DNA from: Nitrospirales bacterium
GTDB taxonomy: Bacteria; Nitrospirota; Nitrospiria; Nitrospirales; UBA8639
Direction: 5' to 3'
DNA: 64,000 bases
Assembly (NCBI GenBank): GCA_965203295.1
Contig: CBDBCZ010000016.1
Span: 736,001-800,000, forward strand
Position 1 is the stretch's first letter. The number at the start of each line of letters is the position of its first letter. Shown here piece after piece: positions 37,459 to 50,900 of the stretch. The translations under genes were made by a program, and so were the position numbers. The notes below the pieces were generated by a model, which had not been told where the DNA came from, made no database searches, and worked only from the letters and a program-made list of their open reading frames with translations.

Positions 37459-38390
37459 GCAAAAAGTATTATTCAACGCAGTTACTATGTGAAATTTTTG
37501 GGGGGCTTCGAACTGTTCAGAAGCCTGCTATACAACAGTTTAGGAAGTGTAGTCCTTGCTGTCCTGGCAGTGTGGGGCCAGTGGCTGTCTTGAACTTGTC
37601 AACGATAGCCTGTCAACCAATGTTGTTGTTGGTATTGAAATAGACCTTTTTGTTATACGCAGAAGTATTCATGGAATGCAAATATTTTACGTGGTGTACA
37701 TCCAGAGTACATTTAGGCCCCGCCAAACACTTGTTTGACCAGTAGCAGCAATGAAAGGACAGTTGGAGGTGGCATGGTTGGACTTTCCATGTCAGTAACA
37801 CGGCTGACTTGCTGTGGGTGTGGATGAGGGACACTGCATAAGTGTGGCTTCATGAGCCAGTTCACTGCTGCCATGGTTACCACAGGAGGGTAGAGGCAGA
37901 CTGTGCTGCTGGGGCTAATACGCGTCGATGGTGCCGTTTGTTTGCAGCTCTCGTGTATACGGAAGGCACACAAAGACTGCTAACCTGGGAGCTTTAGTAC
38001 CCTTGGTATGATTACGTGATTGATCTTTGACTCTTTGTGCGCCACCAGGAGCGCATCGAGCCGGTGAAGCCGGCGAGGGAGCATGCAACTACACATGTAC
38101 ATTACATAGACGACGAAATTCAAACATGGTGGTCATATTCTAAATATAGTTGTATCTGTATATGGATTTTTATGATGCAACAGCAGGAAAATGTAACAGC
38201 ATCAAGAGTGAGAAAGCCACGAAGTGGATAAAAGTGAAGCGATTGTGCCATTTTGATCACATGCATTGCCCCGATGGGGGGGGGGGCAAGACTTACACAC
38301 AGAGGGCAGAATGCATACCACTAGTGTGTGGCTCACCCCTATCAGAATCTCTTAAGGGTATGGTGGCACGCAGGAATAGGACATAGGTTA

Positions 38391-38969
38391 CCGTAGTGAC
38401 CGGTTAATAAGCGCACACAGCTATTAGGCGCATGTTTCATAACAAGCGCATACTTCCTTCCGGTCATTACGTATTAGTTAATTGGCGCATGCGCTTGTTA
38501 CACGTGTCGAAGTCAGTACTGTTTTGTGAGTGAGCTTGAGATCGAGATCGAGATGGCACGCGCAGAAGCACCTGTAACACAACCGTGCCTTAACAAAAGT
38601 GCCAAATCTTACGCGACAGTTCGCGAGGGACGTGGCCTACAGTCTCCGCTCTAGGCTTCAAAAGGCACACAGCAAACCGATCATGTTCATTCCCCTCCTC
38701 GCGTAAAAGTTCAAGCACCTCGCCAATAATAGGGGACCACACTCTCTTATAGATACGGTGGCCGCGCACAAAACTCTTGTGCAGGTACACATCATCTTGA
38801 TCTGTCAGACTCGCGCTCGCCATTGCCAATATCCACACGTCGATACTAATACCGATAACTCATACCAGGTACCGTGATTACCGCTAATAAGCGCATACCG
38901 GCTAATAAGCGCATGGTTTCTTACTGCTGACTACGATAGGCGCATGCGCTTATTAACCAGTCACTACGG
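38391..38969. mobile_element. Tc1/mariner (pogo-like) non-autonomous element carrying a HIRAN-like ORF
   Basis: TA|CCGTAGTGACCGGTTAATAAGCGCA ... TGCGCTTATTAACCAGTCACTACGG|TA. Confidence 0.85.
38590..38823 (-). CDS. HIRAN-like domain ORF (probably truncated)
   Basis: SFVRGHRIYKRVWSPIIGEVLELLREEGNEHDRFAVCL...VGHVPRELS fits the HIRAN pattern L.RE..N..D..AV.V....GYVP. Confidence 0.65.
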   Translation of the reverse strand: MASASLTDQDDVYLHKSFVRGHRIYKRVWSPIIGEVLELLREEGNEHDRFAVCLLKPRAETVGHVPRELSRKIWHFC

Positions 38970-40090
38970 TAGTTGCCCGGAGAGTCTTAAGACCACTAAG
39001 TTTAGTTCGCTATTGACAATGTTTGTGATTGCCACAATCAAATTCTTATGTTGTAGATTATGTGTGGTAGCTTATTATCCTTACAAAGAGCAGCTGGACA
39101 GAAAAAAAAATCAGCAAAACAACTTGCATAGTGAGAAGAAAATTTCGATAAGAAAAGATACTGCGCTTTTCCCCTTCTTATGATGTTTTTTAGGGGAGCG
39201 CCTGGGGACAAGTTGACCCCTCATAGATTTTTGTGGCCAGTGGAAGTTTCATGAACCCAACAAGCTATTATCTTCTAAGTGCATCATTGTAGGAGGAAAT
39301 CAGAGTAATCGAGTAGTAAACAGGAAGTGACAATGATTGCTGTTTCCACAGTCACTATTGGACACTCAAAGAAGAGCTGTTAATTCATACGACATGGACC
39401 CAGTGGATCTCCACGTTGGTACATACTGTCAACTCCTTTTGGAAATTAGTGTCTATTACTTAGTGTCCTGTCCAATTACTAGGGTTGTTTTAGTATGGCT
39501 TTGCATAATTAGATTTAGTTTATTAAAAAGCTGGTATGGCCTCAATTTAGTTTCCAATGAAAAACCACAAGTTAATTATTACTACATTCCTTTTTTGCTT
39601 TTTAGTTGGCTAACTAAAACCAAAAGTTAATTATAATCGTTCCTACAAAACACTTTTAGTTTCAGTTAACAACACTCCCAATGACACACTTAAAAAAATA
39701 ATCTGTTCTGCCTCCCTCAATGTGTGGCAACAGCTCAGTCCTATGTTGGCAAGGGGACGTATCTGAAGAGAATCCGCTACCACGGGAGAGGGATGCACGG
39801 GGTGATGCACAAGACCTACTCACACTACTTCCTGATACTCAAACAAGGCCGGGCAGTGCGCAAGAAGAGAACTAAAGAAGATCGCAAGAGTTTCAAGACA
39901 AAGAAACTCATCGAGGCTGGACCCAGGAGTATCCCCAATTCATTATAGCAGTAGAATCAATATCATGTCATCCATTGTATTTACTAAAAACATAAACACA
40001 ATAAATTTGATCTGCTGGTTAATATTAATAATATACCTAGCTAGGTAAACAATAACTTAATGAGGTCACATGGAGCAAAGAAGCAAACAA

Positions 40091-40287
<197 letters not shown>

Positions 40288-40339
40288 CTGTTCCTTTTTT
40301 AAAGCCTGCCTGAAAGACTTCAATAGTGTCATCGTCTTC

Positions 40340-41180
40340 ATATGACATGGACCCAGTGGATTTCCATGTTGGTACGTAATTTACTGTCAACTCCTCTTGG
40401 AAATTAGTGTTACAAGTGTTGTTTTGTATGGCTTCACATAATTAGATTTTGTTTATTTAAAAGCTGGTGCAGAACCACAGTTTGTATTTGGTTTTTAGTT
40501 AGTCAACTAAAAAGAAAAAAGGGATTTAATGTACATGCATGTAATAAAACACTTTATATATTATATTAGTTAACCTAACGAAATTAATGGGTTGATTTTG
40601 GCACTATATTTCCACCCTTGAAGTTTTGGTTCACTAAATCTGTTTTCGCTTCTACTAAAACACTTTTAGTTTATAGTTTTAGTCAACTAAACAGCTTTAC
40701 AGTGATTACACACTTCGTTGGCTAAAACCAAAAGTTAATTATAACTAAACCTGTTGTGTTCCTACAAAACAAAAAATTACACACTTAACAAAATATTTCT
40801 GTTCTGCCTCCCTCAATGTGTGCCAACAGCTCAGTCGTATGTTGGCAAGGGGACGTATCTGAAGAGAATCCGCTACCACGGGAGAGGGATGCACGGGGTG
40901 ATGCACAAGACCTACTCACACTACTTCCTGATACTCAAACAAGGCCGGGCAGTGCGCAAGAAGAGAACTAAAGAAGTCCACAAGAGTTTCAAGACAAAGA
41001 AACACATCGAGGCTGGACCCAGGAGCATCCCCAATTCATTATAATAGCAGTAGCATCATCATCATGTCATCCATTGTATTTTACTAAAAAACGGAAAGCA
41101 CAATAAATCTGATCTGCTGGTTAATATTAATAATATACCTAGCTAGGTAAACAATAACTTAATGAGGAAAAAGCAAACAG
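40340..41180 (+). pseudogene. MRPL22: Tandem duplicate of the MRPL22 3' end (partial penultimate exon, last exon 40830-41044, 3' UTR)
   Basis: Near-identical last exon AQSYVGKGTYLKRIRYHGRG...PRSIPNSL and downstream sequence repeated ~1.1 kb after the first copy. Confidence 0.85.
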
Positions 41181-41983
41181 TAGTGTGTGTGTGTGTGTGT
41201 AGCTTGAGATCAGTGCATGAATTGTGTGGCTGTTTGTTTTTAAACCTGCCAGTTTACTGCTGAAAGACCAAGTGTCATCATCTTCCATGTCCAACTGTAG
41301 GTGCATTAAAAAGCCACCCTTAATGGATCTAAGCTGAAAGTAAAATACGTAGCTATTTGCCAACGTACGTCTGAAAGTGTTTAGTCCTCACCAACATGAC
41401 CCCCATCAAATGTAAATCTTATTGTGTTCCTTTGAAAGCCCTGTAGAATGAAATACATCGTTTGATAAATATTATCAACAAGCTAAGTTTCATGTCACCG
41501 AAGCTCCTCTCTAGAGTAGCCTCAGAAGCCTCCAGACGGAGGCAGTGAAAAGTTAGTCTTGCACATGAGACTACTAGATGTGGTCGTGCTAAGCTCTCGT
41601 TCTGACAGCTCCGTCCCCGATACTGATGCTTGCCTATCTATAGAAAAGCTTATACGTCAAATTAGAACACACAACAGGGGTACAATGTATCTCAGAGGGG
41701 AATCTAAATGATATTTATAGCCAATATTTGATTGATTGCAGGAACATCCCTTACATGCAAAGGATGTAATTCTTTCCCTTGTATAAGCTAGGATAAGGTG
41801 CATACTTGGGGGGATTTTACGTGCAATGAAAGCACGTAATTCTGTCCCATGAGTAACTCAAGGTGTAAATGACGTAATTCTTTCCAGTAACTCATGGTAT
41901 AGATGACGTCATTCTACAATGAGTTTTTCATTGGTTTCTCCTAATTTTACGTCATTTATACCCCGATCCAGATTAGACCAGGG

Positions 41984-42074
41984 TAGTCTGGATCAGACCA
42001 TAGATAATAGGTATATTATCTATGATCAGACCCTCCACTCTCAAGGGAAAGCGTGGAGGGTCTGATCCAGACTA
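41984..42074. mobile_element. TAG...CTA micro-MITE containing a 26-bp CATAG...CTATG insertion (41999-42024) with 7-bp TSD ATCAGAC
   Basis: TAGTCTGGATCAGAC[CATAGATAATAGGTATATTATCTATG]ATCAGACCCTCCAC...GTGGAGGGTCTGATCCAGACTA. Confidence 0.8.
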
Positions 42075-42512
42075 TAAGCTTACATGATGTTATGTATAGC
42101 GGCTTTCAGCTTCGTATCTTGTATGAAACTGAATCTATACTCTAATGTCGGAATAACCCCCGGGGTTAAAATTCTGTCGGAATAGCCCCGCTTTACCTTA
42201 GCCACGATGCGAAAAACGTCGACCTTCACTGATTGCACTGTATTTATGCTGAGTGCCCTGGTCTAGTCTGGAAATTATGCCAAAAGCGCATGAAAAAAAG
42301 GGGGCGTGACTTATTGTTAACGCGTGATCGATCGTACAAAAAGTACTTAAGGGGGCCGTACTGCGCGCGTGATCCAGAGACACAGTACAAAATGGTTGGA
42401 TGGGTGAGCTTCGGTGATCTCACACGCTACATTTCAGGAGGAATATGCCTTAGCTAGTAAGTTCGTAGATAATTATAGCATGTAAGTTAATCACCCCGAA
42501 GAGGACTCTAAC

Positions 42513-42551
42513 TAGTCTCGCGAGCCAGAAACCGGCTGGCTCGCGAGACTA
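42513..42551. mobile_element. 39-bp TAG...CTA palindromic micro-element
   Basis: TAGTCTCGCGAGCCAG-AAACCGG-CTGGCTCGCGAGACTA, flanks ACTCTAAC / GCTCTAAC. Confidence 0.7.
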
Positions 42552-42563
42552 GCTCTAACCGAC

Positions 42564-42599
42564 CATGGATAATATAGTACATGTACTATATTATCCATG
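42564..42599. mobile_element. 36-bp perfect palindrome with 7-bp TSD (P-element-like footprint)
   Basis: AACCGAC|CATGGATAATATAGTACATGTACTATATTATCCATG|AACCGAC. Confidence 0.8.
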
Positions 42600-42883
42600 A
42601 ACCGACATTATATAATTTGGCCTAGTCTCGTTCGGACCCTCTGACACTCACTCGGCAAGTGAGTGTCACACGAGGGGTCCGCAACGAGCGTGATATCTCG
42701 CACACTTCAGCTGAAATCTCGGCTGAAATCGTGACTGAATTTTCTGAAATCTCGAATCTGAAATTTTATTAACTAACTATTTTTTCGTAAATTTTACCGA
42801 AAACTATTAAATACTACGTATCACGTGGTTTTTGACACACCCCGCGAGCCCCAATAAGTTGTAGCAGGCGCTTGACTGCAGGT

Positions 42884-45800
42884 TAGTCTCGCGCGCCCGC
42901 CTCACTTCATTAGGGGAAAGTGAGTCTGGACGGTTACGCCACATTTCCGTTTCGGAATGGAATGCATTACGTTCATAAACCATGCCCAAGTCATGAGTGA
43001 TATCATGTGACAAGCTGTCGTGTAAATGGCGTCCTGTGTCGTTTGTTTACGATTGTTGGAGAAGACGAGCGACAGAAGGAGACTCCATAGTGTGTCGACA
43101 AAGAAAGTCCATAGTGTGTGGAAGGAGGTTGTGGCTGGAGTGTTTCCAAACGCCGTAGATGCCTTCCTCCCGGTAGACGCTTACCTCTGCAGACCCTGTA
43201 TGAGATTGGTCGAGAAGCTCACCAAGGTGAAGCAGGACGCGCGCTACCAGGAGCAGGAACTTATGGAGCGTATCAAGCGAGCTGGAGAAGCTCGTGGTCT
43301 GTCCACAACAGATGAGGCAGCAGCTTGTGTTGGACATGAGAGAGGTCAGTAGGCAGCCTGTCGCAATTTTTTGCCATGTTAGATGTATGGACCTCCTTTG
43401 TATTGTCCACTTCACATGCACTCCTGTAATTATAGGAGAGCTACCTAGTGCAAATCGGACTCCAGAAAAACGGTCTCATTCTCTCGCTGCCTTGGAGACT
43501 CCATCACCCAAGCGCAGGTGAAAAGCACATGACACGCCAACCAGAAAAGCTTTAAAATGCATGCATCCTGGAACCTCTCCAGCTGTTGCAGTAAGTACCA
43601 TGTTTCGACTCGTTAAAGTGTAGTACTAGTAGTTTTGTCTTGTTATATTTATTGTCACTGGAAATCTAATTATCATGGTACCGGTATACGTTATTGGTTG
43701 TGTGTGTAGAGTGGGATGTAGAGTGTTATCTTTAGGAGAAAAACAGTTTCAATCTGAATGGGAATGAGAGGAATTAAAGTCAGCTAGCTGGCATAAGCAT
43801 TACACATGTCAGAGTCATGCATTTCCCCTTCCAGGATGTAATGATACACACATTTGCACTTCACAGATTCTGGTGAAAGGAAAAACGGACTCCCGTGCAC
43901 ATCCTATTCCCAAGCATTCCGGTCTGAAGACACTGGCCAGGAGTGTAGGTCGCCTGAATCGTCCCTCCATTGCTCAACAAGCTATGCGTGATCCAAAAGT
44001 TCGGAAGGTGGTTTTGAACATCTTGGAGAAAGATGTGCAGAAGGAGATGACAAAAATGTCTGCCAAGAATACCAAGTCTTGTCTCCATCATAGAAGTCTG
44101 GAAGCTCTGGACAGCTTCTCCTGGGATCATCTCCATTCTGAGCTGCAATCAAAAGCTCCAACACTTCACCGTATTCTCCAAGGATGCGTCAATGTTAAGC
44201 GACGGCAACGAGTCAGTAAGAAAGGGAGAAGAGGGGAAAGTTCCATGCTCATATCGTCCGAGCAATTCTGCAGTTCTTGGTGTGTGTGCAGCACTGCATG
44301 TTGCTAAGACATCGAAATCACCACATGAACATAGTTCAGCGGATCATCTCGATCATCTTACACAGCGGACACACAGCGAAACAGGTTTGTCTAGTTGTCT
44401 GTGCTATGCCTCAGTAGATTATTGTTGTTTTTTTTTGGATAGGCGTACTGTCGACTTCAGAAGATGCTCTTGTGTCTGTCACACTCCCAAACTTTGGTCA
44501 CCCTTGATGAGCTTGGTGAAGGCCATGATGCAGAAGTTCGGAAATGGCAGGCCAATATAGCTAGCTCACTGACAAGCGAGGTTAGTGAAGCATAATGTAC
44601 CACATCCACAATGCATGCATGTACATTTAAATTATTGAGCTTCTCAATATTACAGTCCCTTGGTGACTTTGGCACAGGCAGCCTGGATGCTAGGGGAGAA
44701 AATGTGGCAGAGGTACATGTATAATATTTGTATAAATCTGTATGTTATACTTTGTAGTTATGAATCTTTGCGGATGGTCTATAACAATACGGCTATTGTT
44801 TCGTATGGTACAGTCTGGTGCAGGAGTGGTTGGCAGTTCTTTCCAACATGAAGCTGAGGCACTGCAGGAGCCTGTGACTGTTCCAGTAGTGCAAGAACTG
44901 TCCACTGATGCACCAACCAGTTCCAGTGAGGCTTCTTTACCGCCCACTTCCCCATGTGGTTCACCATCCACTGAGTCTGAAGACTCGCCAGCAAGTCCAG
45001 TGCCTTCAGAGCTCACTTTTAGTGAACTTTCCAGTCCAGATATTGATGCCTTCCTGGGTTCTGAGTATCATCCTGTAACCCCACACTTGCAGACGTATAG
45101 ACTTGTGGGGGACAACATTGATAAGAATGTGAAACCGAGAAACATGACGAGTGACCACCAGACTCGCTCCCTTCATTATTTTTCATACCTATGCAGTCCG
45201 GGACCGCACTGATCTCTCCAAGTTCAGTAGCGACCTTCCTGTACCAGATGTCAGTAAATTTAACTATCAGAAGCTCCTGCCATCGAATGATGACAAGAAA
45301 GTGCTATACGAGAGTGTGGCAATTCTGATTGGACGTTGCCTAAAGAAGAATATGCCTTTCTTTGCAAAATTCGGTGCGGGTCTTGAGAAGCACATCCTCC
45401 ATGAGTTCTCTGATCAGATGTCCGCAAAGTCAGAAGTGGTAAGGTTGCTGCTCTATATACATTTTATTTACCAAATAGTTTGGCCATATATAGCAAGTAC
45501 TTTTGAGTTGGCACCTAACCCAACCTGTCCCACGTTAATACTATGCCGTGTCATTGTATGCATGCAGGTTCCTGTAGGAATTACTTTGAAGGGTGAGCAG
45601 AAAAATGAAGATATGGTAGAAATCCTGGAAGATCTGCAAAAATATGTGCCAACAGTGTCCATGACTGAAAGTGTTGATGTGCCAGGAGAGTCAACACCTG
45701 TGCAGGTTCATGTGGACAAATTCCATCACTTGGAGATAGGTAAGCTATCAACATTTATAATGGAGGAGCAAGCTAGGGGCACTTGTAAATTTCCTGCCTT

Positions 45801-46395
45801 TGATGCACACTATACATTCTCAGGAGGAGATCAAATGACTGCTTCCCGGACCAGGAGTAGCCAAAGAATACGGAGCAATTCTCTAAGAGGGAAGGACAGA
45901 TTGGAGGGAATGGTACCAGTGGTGAAAGATTGGCACTAAAAAGTGTGCCTATTGGGGGTAAGTATTCTCCTTCCACGTCTTATGATAGCTGATGATGAGT
46001 GTTCATGCACACTATGTATTTTTTTGGAACGTATGTATGTGCAGGTCATTTGGAAACGACTGTACAAGTGCTCGTCAGGAATGGATGCAGGAACACGGTT
46101 CCAGCTACAGAAGCTGATAAATCGTCGCAATGTTGTCAAGGATCCGAGCAAGAGTGTCGCTCCATGTGAGGAATTTTTCCTTCTTGTCGTAGAGACGCAC
46201 ATCCTTGCAGCTACAATGCAGTTGTTTTGAATGTCATCTCTTGAGGATAAACCCAGTGCTGAGTTCTTCCCAGAAGGTAGTTCAGAGTTGGACACTTTGC
46301 AGAGGCGACAGGTTCTGATGGCGGGACTCAGGGAGTTGACAAGGAAGTTTGTTGTCCTAGACGTAACCCTCAAGGATCCAAAGCAGGCGAAGGCC
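42884..46395 (+). mobile_element. AcademH-like transposon 1: left end plus decayed multi-exon transposase gene (starts 43026), truncated by element 2
   Basis: Left end TAGTCTCGCGCGCCCG at 42884. N-terminal CxxC...CxxC (zf-AD-like). LVGDNIDKNVKPR, GGDQMTASR and DWH motifs (DUF6589/Academ-like). In-frame stops at ~43519, 45937 and 46228, plus frameshifts. Confidence 0.75.
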
Positions 46396-47269
46396 TAGCC
46401 TGGAACCCAGGCTCCGGGAAAAGGTTGAAAAGAGAGCCTGGTGTCCACTGTTTGCGCATGCGCGTAATTAGACCACGTGTATCGGGAGGCGTGTTCCAAA
46501 ATGACGAAATAAAATAAGTAGGCGTGTGCCGTTAACGTAAAGAAGCGACCACGTGGGTGTTTACTACGAATTTTGCAGATGGAAAAGTCGTCGCATGTGT
46601 GTCGCTTGTGCCAGTCTTTAGTTGCCTACAATCGTAGCGTAGCACTGTTCAGTCGAGGTAGCGTTCAACAACAGCTCTCGACAAGAATCGCTGATTTGTT
46701 GGACGTGAACGTGGACAGCAGTGACTGCTTGCCTCAGCACGTATGCTGGAAGTGCAAGCGGCGAGTTGAAGTGTTGGAGAATGCAGCGCAGGATCTCGTA
46801 GATTTCAGAAATCAAGCCAAGGCAGCGTATATCGCGCTTTTACCTTCTAAAGGGGCCGTGAAGCGTGTTAAAGAGAGCAGTGGCGACGTCGGCGTATCAC
46901 CGGATATTGCCAAGGCCAGACCTCCATCCATAAGGGCAACGATCCACTCCAAGCGCTTGCATTTTGGACAGAGCGATATACTCACAACTGTAAGTGCTAT
47001 TATATTACAATAAATACAACAGCATCTCCTATCCTTTGTTGGTATAGTAATAAATTGTCAATGTTCCACCGCAGCGTCACTCCTTGCGGAGCCACTTGAA
47101 TCACCATCGCCTCTCCTTTGTTGTCAGTTTCCACCCACACTCCTTACTGTGACGGAACCGTTGCCTCTGGGTAGGTGTAGATGAAAAGGTTTTACTAATG
47201 TACAAGGATCATACCACACACACACACACACAACAACAACGTAAAATAGCATTACCCATACAAAAAAAA

Positions 47270-47500
47270 ACAGGTTGTCACAACCATGTGAACACGTAAC
47301 AAGGTTGTAACAACCTTGTTACAACCATGTAGATGTGCTACTACAACCTTGTATTTCAGTTACAAGGTTGGTACAACCTTGTGAGTTACTAGCACAACCT
47401 TGTATTTCAGTTACAAGGTTGGTACAACCTTGTGAGTTACTATCACAACCTTGTATCACACATTTACAAGATTGTCACAACCTTGTAAGTGACAACCTTG
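47270..47500. repeat. Left subterminal palindromic repeats of the CACTA element
   Basis: Multiple ACAAGGTTG..ACAACCTTGT units. Confidence 0.85.
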
Positions 47501-47984
47501 CAATGTCTTGTAAATTGACCGTGTACAGCGTACATTATTTAAATTTATTTTCGAAGTTGGCCACAATCCTCCATGCATACACCAAGGGATTACATACACG
47601 TCATTGTCTCTTTTCACAGTGTAGCAATACAAGACTATGTCGGATACTATACTTCACTCTACTTCAACTGTATTTGGCAAATGGCTAACAAAAACATACT
47701 CAATGTACTTTGCTATGTTGATATAGACACATTTGTCCAGGATTTCAGTGGCGGAGATAGCTACTTGATTTTCTGATCTAAAAAATAGAGAAGATATGAT
47801 ATTCATAATAGTAGAAACTGCTACATCGGAAAGTGTGGCCTCTAGCCATTTCATTTAGGAAAGAACATATCCCAATGGGTGGGGAGCTACATGAATGGGA
47901 GAGATGGAGGGGGGGGGGGGGGGCATCCCTAAAAATTTCTAATGAAATTCAGATTCTGCATAGACAGCCTATACATAAACTAAC

Positions 47985-50900
47985 CGTGGTGGGAAGAAAG
48001 CAACAAAGTGTTTCTTAAAGTTGGCGTGTGTCAGTTGATCATCACAGACTTCCAGGGAAGCAGGCTCTAAGCGTTTCAAAAGTACAAAACACTTCACCGT
48101 AGCTGACTCCCAGAATGAAATAATCTTCTGTACAACACCATACTTATGTGCTTCCCCGGACTTATAAAGAAGACAGGAATTGTTACGCTTTGTTGATCTT
48201 GATCTCGTTTCAGCAACTAGCTCTCTATGATTTGGCAAAAGCAGTCTAGGATAGAGCAATACTTGAGTGGGTGGATTGCCTCCTGCCTGTAATAGAAGTG
48301 CTTTCTCTGAATCACACAATTCTGCATAGTGAGGGCTTCCTACCACAGATAAATGTTCGTCAATTTTCTGACTCTTTCTGCAAGGAAAGAAAATGTGTGA
48401 ATAAAAATGTGCAGCAGCTATATTCATGTGTACAGTGAGTATAGCGTACCTGCCATGTGTTCCTTTGGTAGTCATTTTGTGGTAAAAACCTTGCTGACTA
48501 CTGTTCGGTAGCAAAGTTGACTGAGCCAGACTGGGAAGCTGTTGCAGTGTGTTGATGTGTTCGACAATCTGCGACAGTAATTAAAGATGTATAAATTGAG
48601 GGATGCATGCACTGAATGTATCCAATGGCACATGTACAACTGTACCTGCTTCTCAACTGCATGGGATCCATGAAACAAGGTCAAAAGGTCTCCATTGGCA
48701 TCTTCATATGGGAAACACGAATGCGCCCAGAGGGGACCTAAGTGTCGTACCACTTCTGGTAAGTGAAGGAGGCTGTGGAGATTTGCTGTCATGTGCTGTT
48801 TTCCTAAAACAGGAATTTTTTTCCACAATAGGGAAGTCACATGTATTACAACACGCCGGCAATGTGTTGCTAAGGTAATGCACCTAGTAATAAGTGCCAA
48901 CTAGTTGCAAGCTTGATAGCAGATGGTAGATAATGTGCATTAATTAGAAATAGCTTACTAGAGCACCATGTGATTGCATGAACAGGGTTTCATACAGGAA
49001 GGAAAGTCCTGGGAAACCCCCCTCCCCCACCCCAAAGGCCAGGTTCCCCCCCCCCCCCCCCCCCACATAAATCTCTGCAACAGACTACAGTGATTGTGTT
49101 GTTTCGGAGATACCTACTCAGTAATTGATTAGTAGCTAATTTTTAGCCTTTTTAGGACCCCAAAAGCAACCTCAGAATTTCCTGTAGGGAAAGTCCCCCA
49201 GACCCCCTAGGAGGCATACCTCTATTTTCCCACCCCAACCAAAATCCTGTATGAAACCCTAATAAACATTCATACATTATTGATTGCTCTCATGACTCTG
49301 ATATGCTGAGGGATGGAACACCTACCATATAAAGGGGCAAACATAAAGCAGTAGTGTTGGAGGAGTCGTAAGCTTTGTTCAATGTCTCTGTCGTGCACTT
49401 CGTCTTGCAACAGTAGAAAGACTGCTTCCACAAGGAGCAAGTGGTGCTGATAATAGGCATCCGGAAGCACTCCATAAAGAACCACAGGAGAGTAATGCAG
49501 CAACCACGCCCGAAGTTCGTGTGCTACAGAAGTGTAGTTAAGTGCTTATGTCTATGCTAGTTATGCAATAGACATAATGTAAATATATATAAAGTCTCTT
49601 AAAAATGATAGCTGACCTTTCCAAAACTTCAATGTTGAAGCCATGCTTCGAGGTGTCCGCTGCATTTCATCTGGAGGTTGGATGCTGCAGAGGCGTGCAT
49701 CCAAATCAGGCACTCTAGTGCCAATATACCACAAGCTTTGGTGGTTTGAGGATTGCAGCCATAACCGTAGCAGGAGCCGGCACACGCCAAGGAGGACACA
49801 GTGCATATAGTCAACTGATGTGCCTTTGATGAGATCAAAGCAGGGCACCACTGACAGCCACGAAGGTCCTTTCACACCCTCGACCTATACAGAATAATAA
49901 AGAGTCTGGATATAGCAACTGCACTACTTATACATGTGTGCACATTAGTGGTAGTACGCCCATTGAGGGCTTCAAATTATCAAGGGGGGGGGGGCAAAAG
50001 TGGAATATGTTATTGACTTTGGGGGGACGATGTACAGTGAGGTGTGTTTTGCACACCTCATGCTAGGGGGTCCTGAGGGCATGCCCCCCCAGAAAAATGT
50101 TGAATTGTAGACCCTCTGAAATCACATCTGGTACATTTTCAAGTGGATTTACAGGACCTATGAATAGACAGCTGTGTTGTGTAATACATTGCATTAAATT
50201 TTGCATTAGCTAAACCATAAAAGTGGCAACCTGAGTTCCAAGGGGGGGGGCAAATGCCCCCCCCCCCCCTAAATGAAACCCTGCCATTACTCACATTGGT
50301 GTCTTTCTCCATTGCAATGCCGGCATCTTCACAACTCTTCTTGTGGCTTCTTGGTGGTCCACATGGATTGTCCTCAATATAAGGATAGGTATGTGTACTT
50401 TCAACCCTTGTCCCTGGTAAAGAAACAATGGTTAGTAAGCATATGACATACAATGTCAATCCAGAAATAATTATGTGTCAACTTACCTTTCTGCAAACAA
50501 CGACAGCATCCCCAATAGCCATTGAACTGAATAAAATTGAGAACAGCTGCTCTGGCTGGTAGATCTAGTGTAGTGCACAGTAAAGCAACACGGCACAGCA
50601 TAGTTTCACCTCTTTGAGACGACAGCATAACACCTATAAGTTATCAAAAAAGTCCATTTTCAAGCAAATGTGTACATAAACAACTGGGTTATACTATTTT
50701 ATTTTCGCTTGATTCCTTCCAATTTCACTGTGTGCAGTATCTACAGTTTCTTGCTGCATAGGTCACTTCGACTTAATTTTCTGTTCCTTGGGCTTATGTA
50801 ATCAAACACGTAGTTCAGTGGCAGTCCAAAACCTAAACAGTAAAACAGCTGAATGCATGCAATTTCTTGCAAAATCACCAAGTACAAGGATGTAAAGACT

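Larger units (their letters stand above)
37870..39948 (+). pseudogene. MRPL22: Mitochondrial ribosomal protein L22 gene copy; last two exons intact, upstream exons apparently decayed
   Basis: Exons 39352-39418 and 39733-39948 splice to SLLDTQRRAVNSYDMDPVDLHV-AQSYVGKGTYLKRIRYHGRGMHGVMHKTYSHYFLILKQG (uL22 signature). Degenerate upstream pieces at ~39057-39140 (QL...KKSAKQLA) and ~37870-38130 (HVHYIDDEIQ) carry stops or frameshifts. 5' extent uncertain. Confidence 0.7.
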
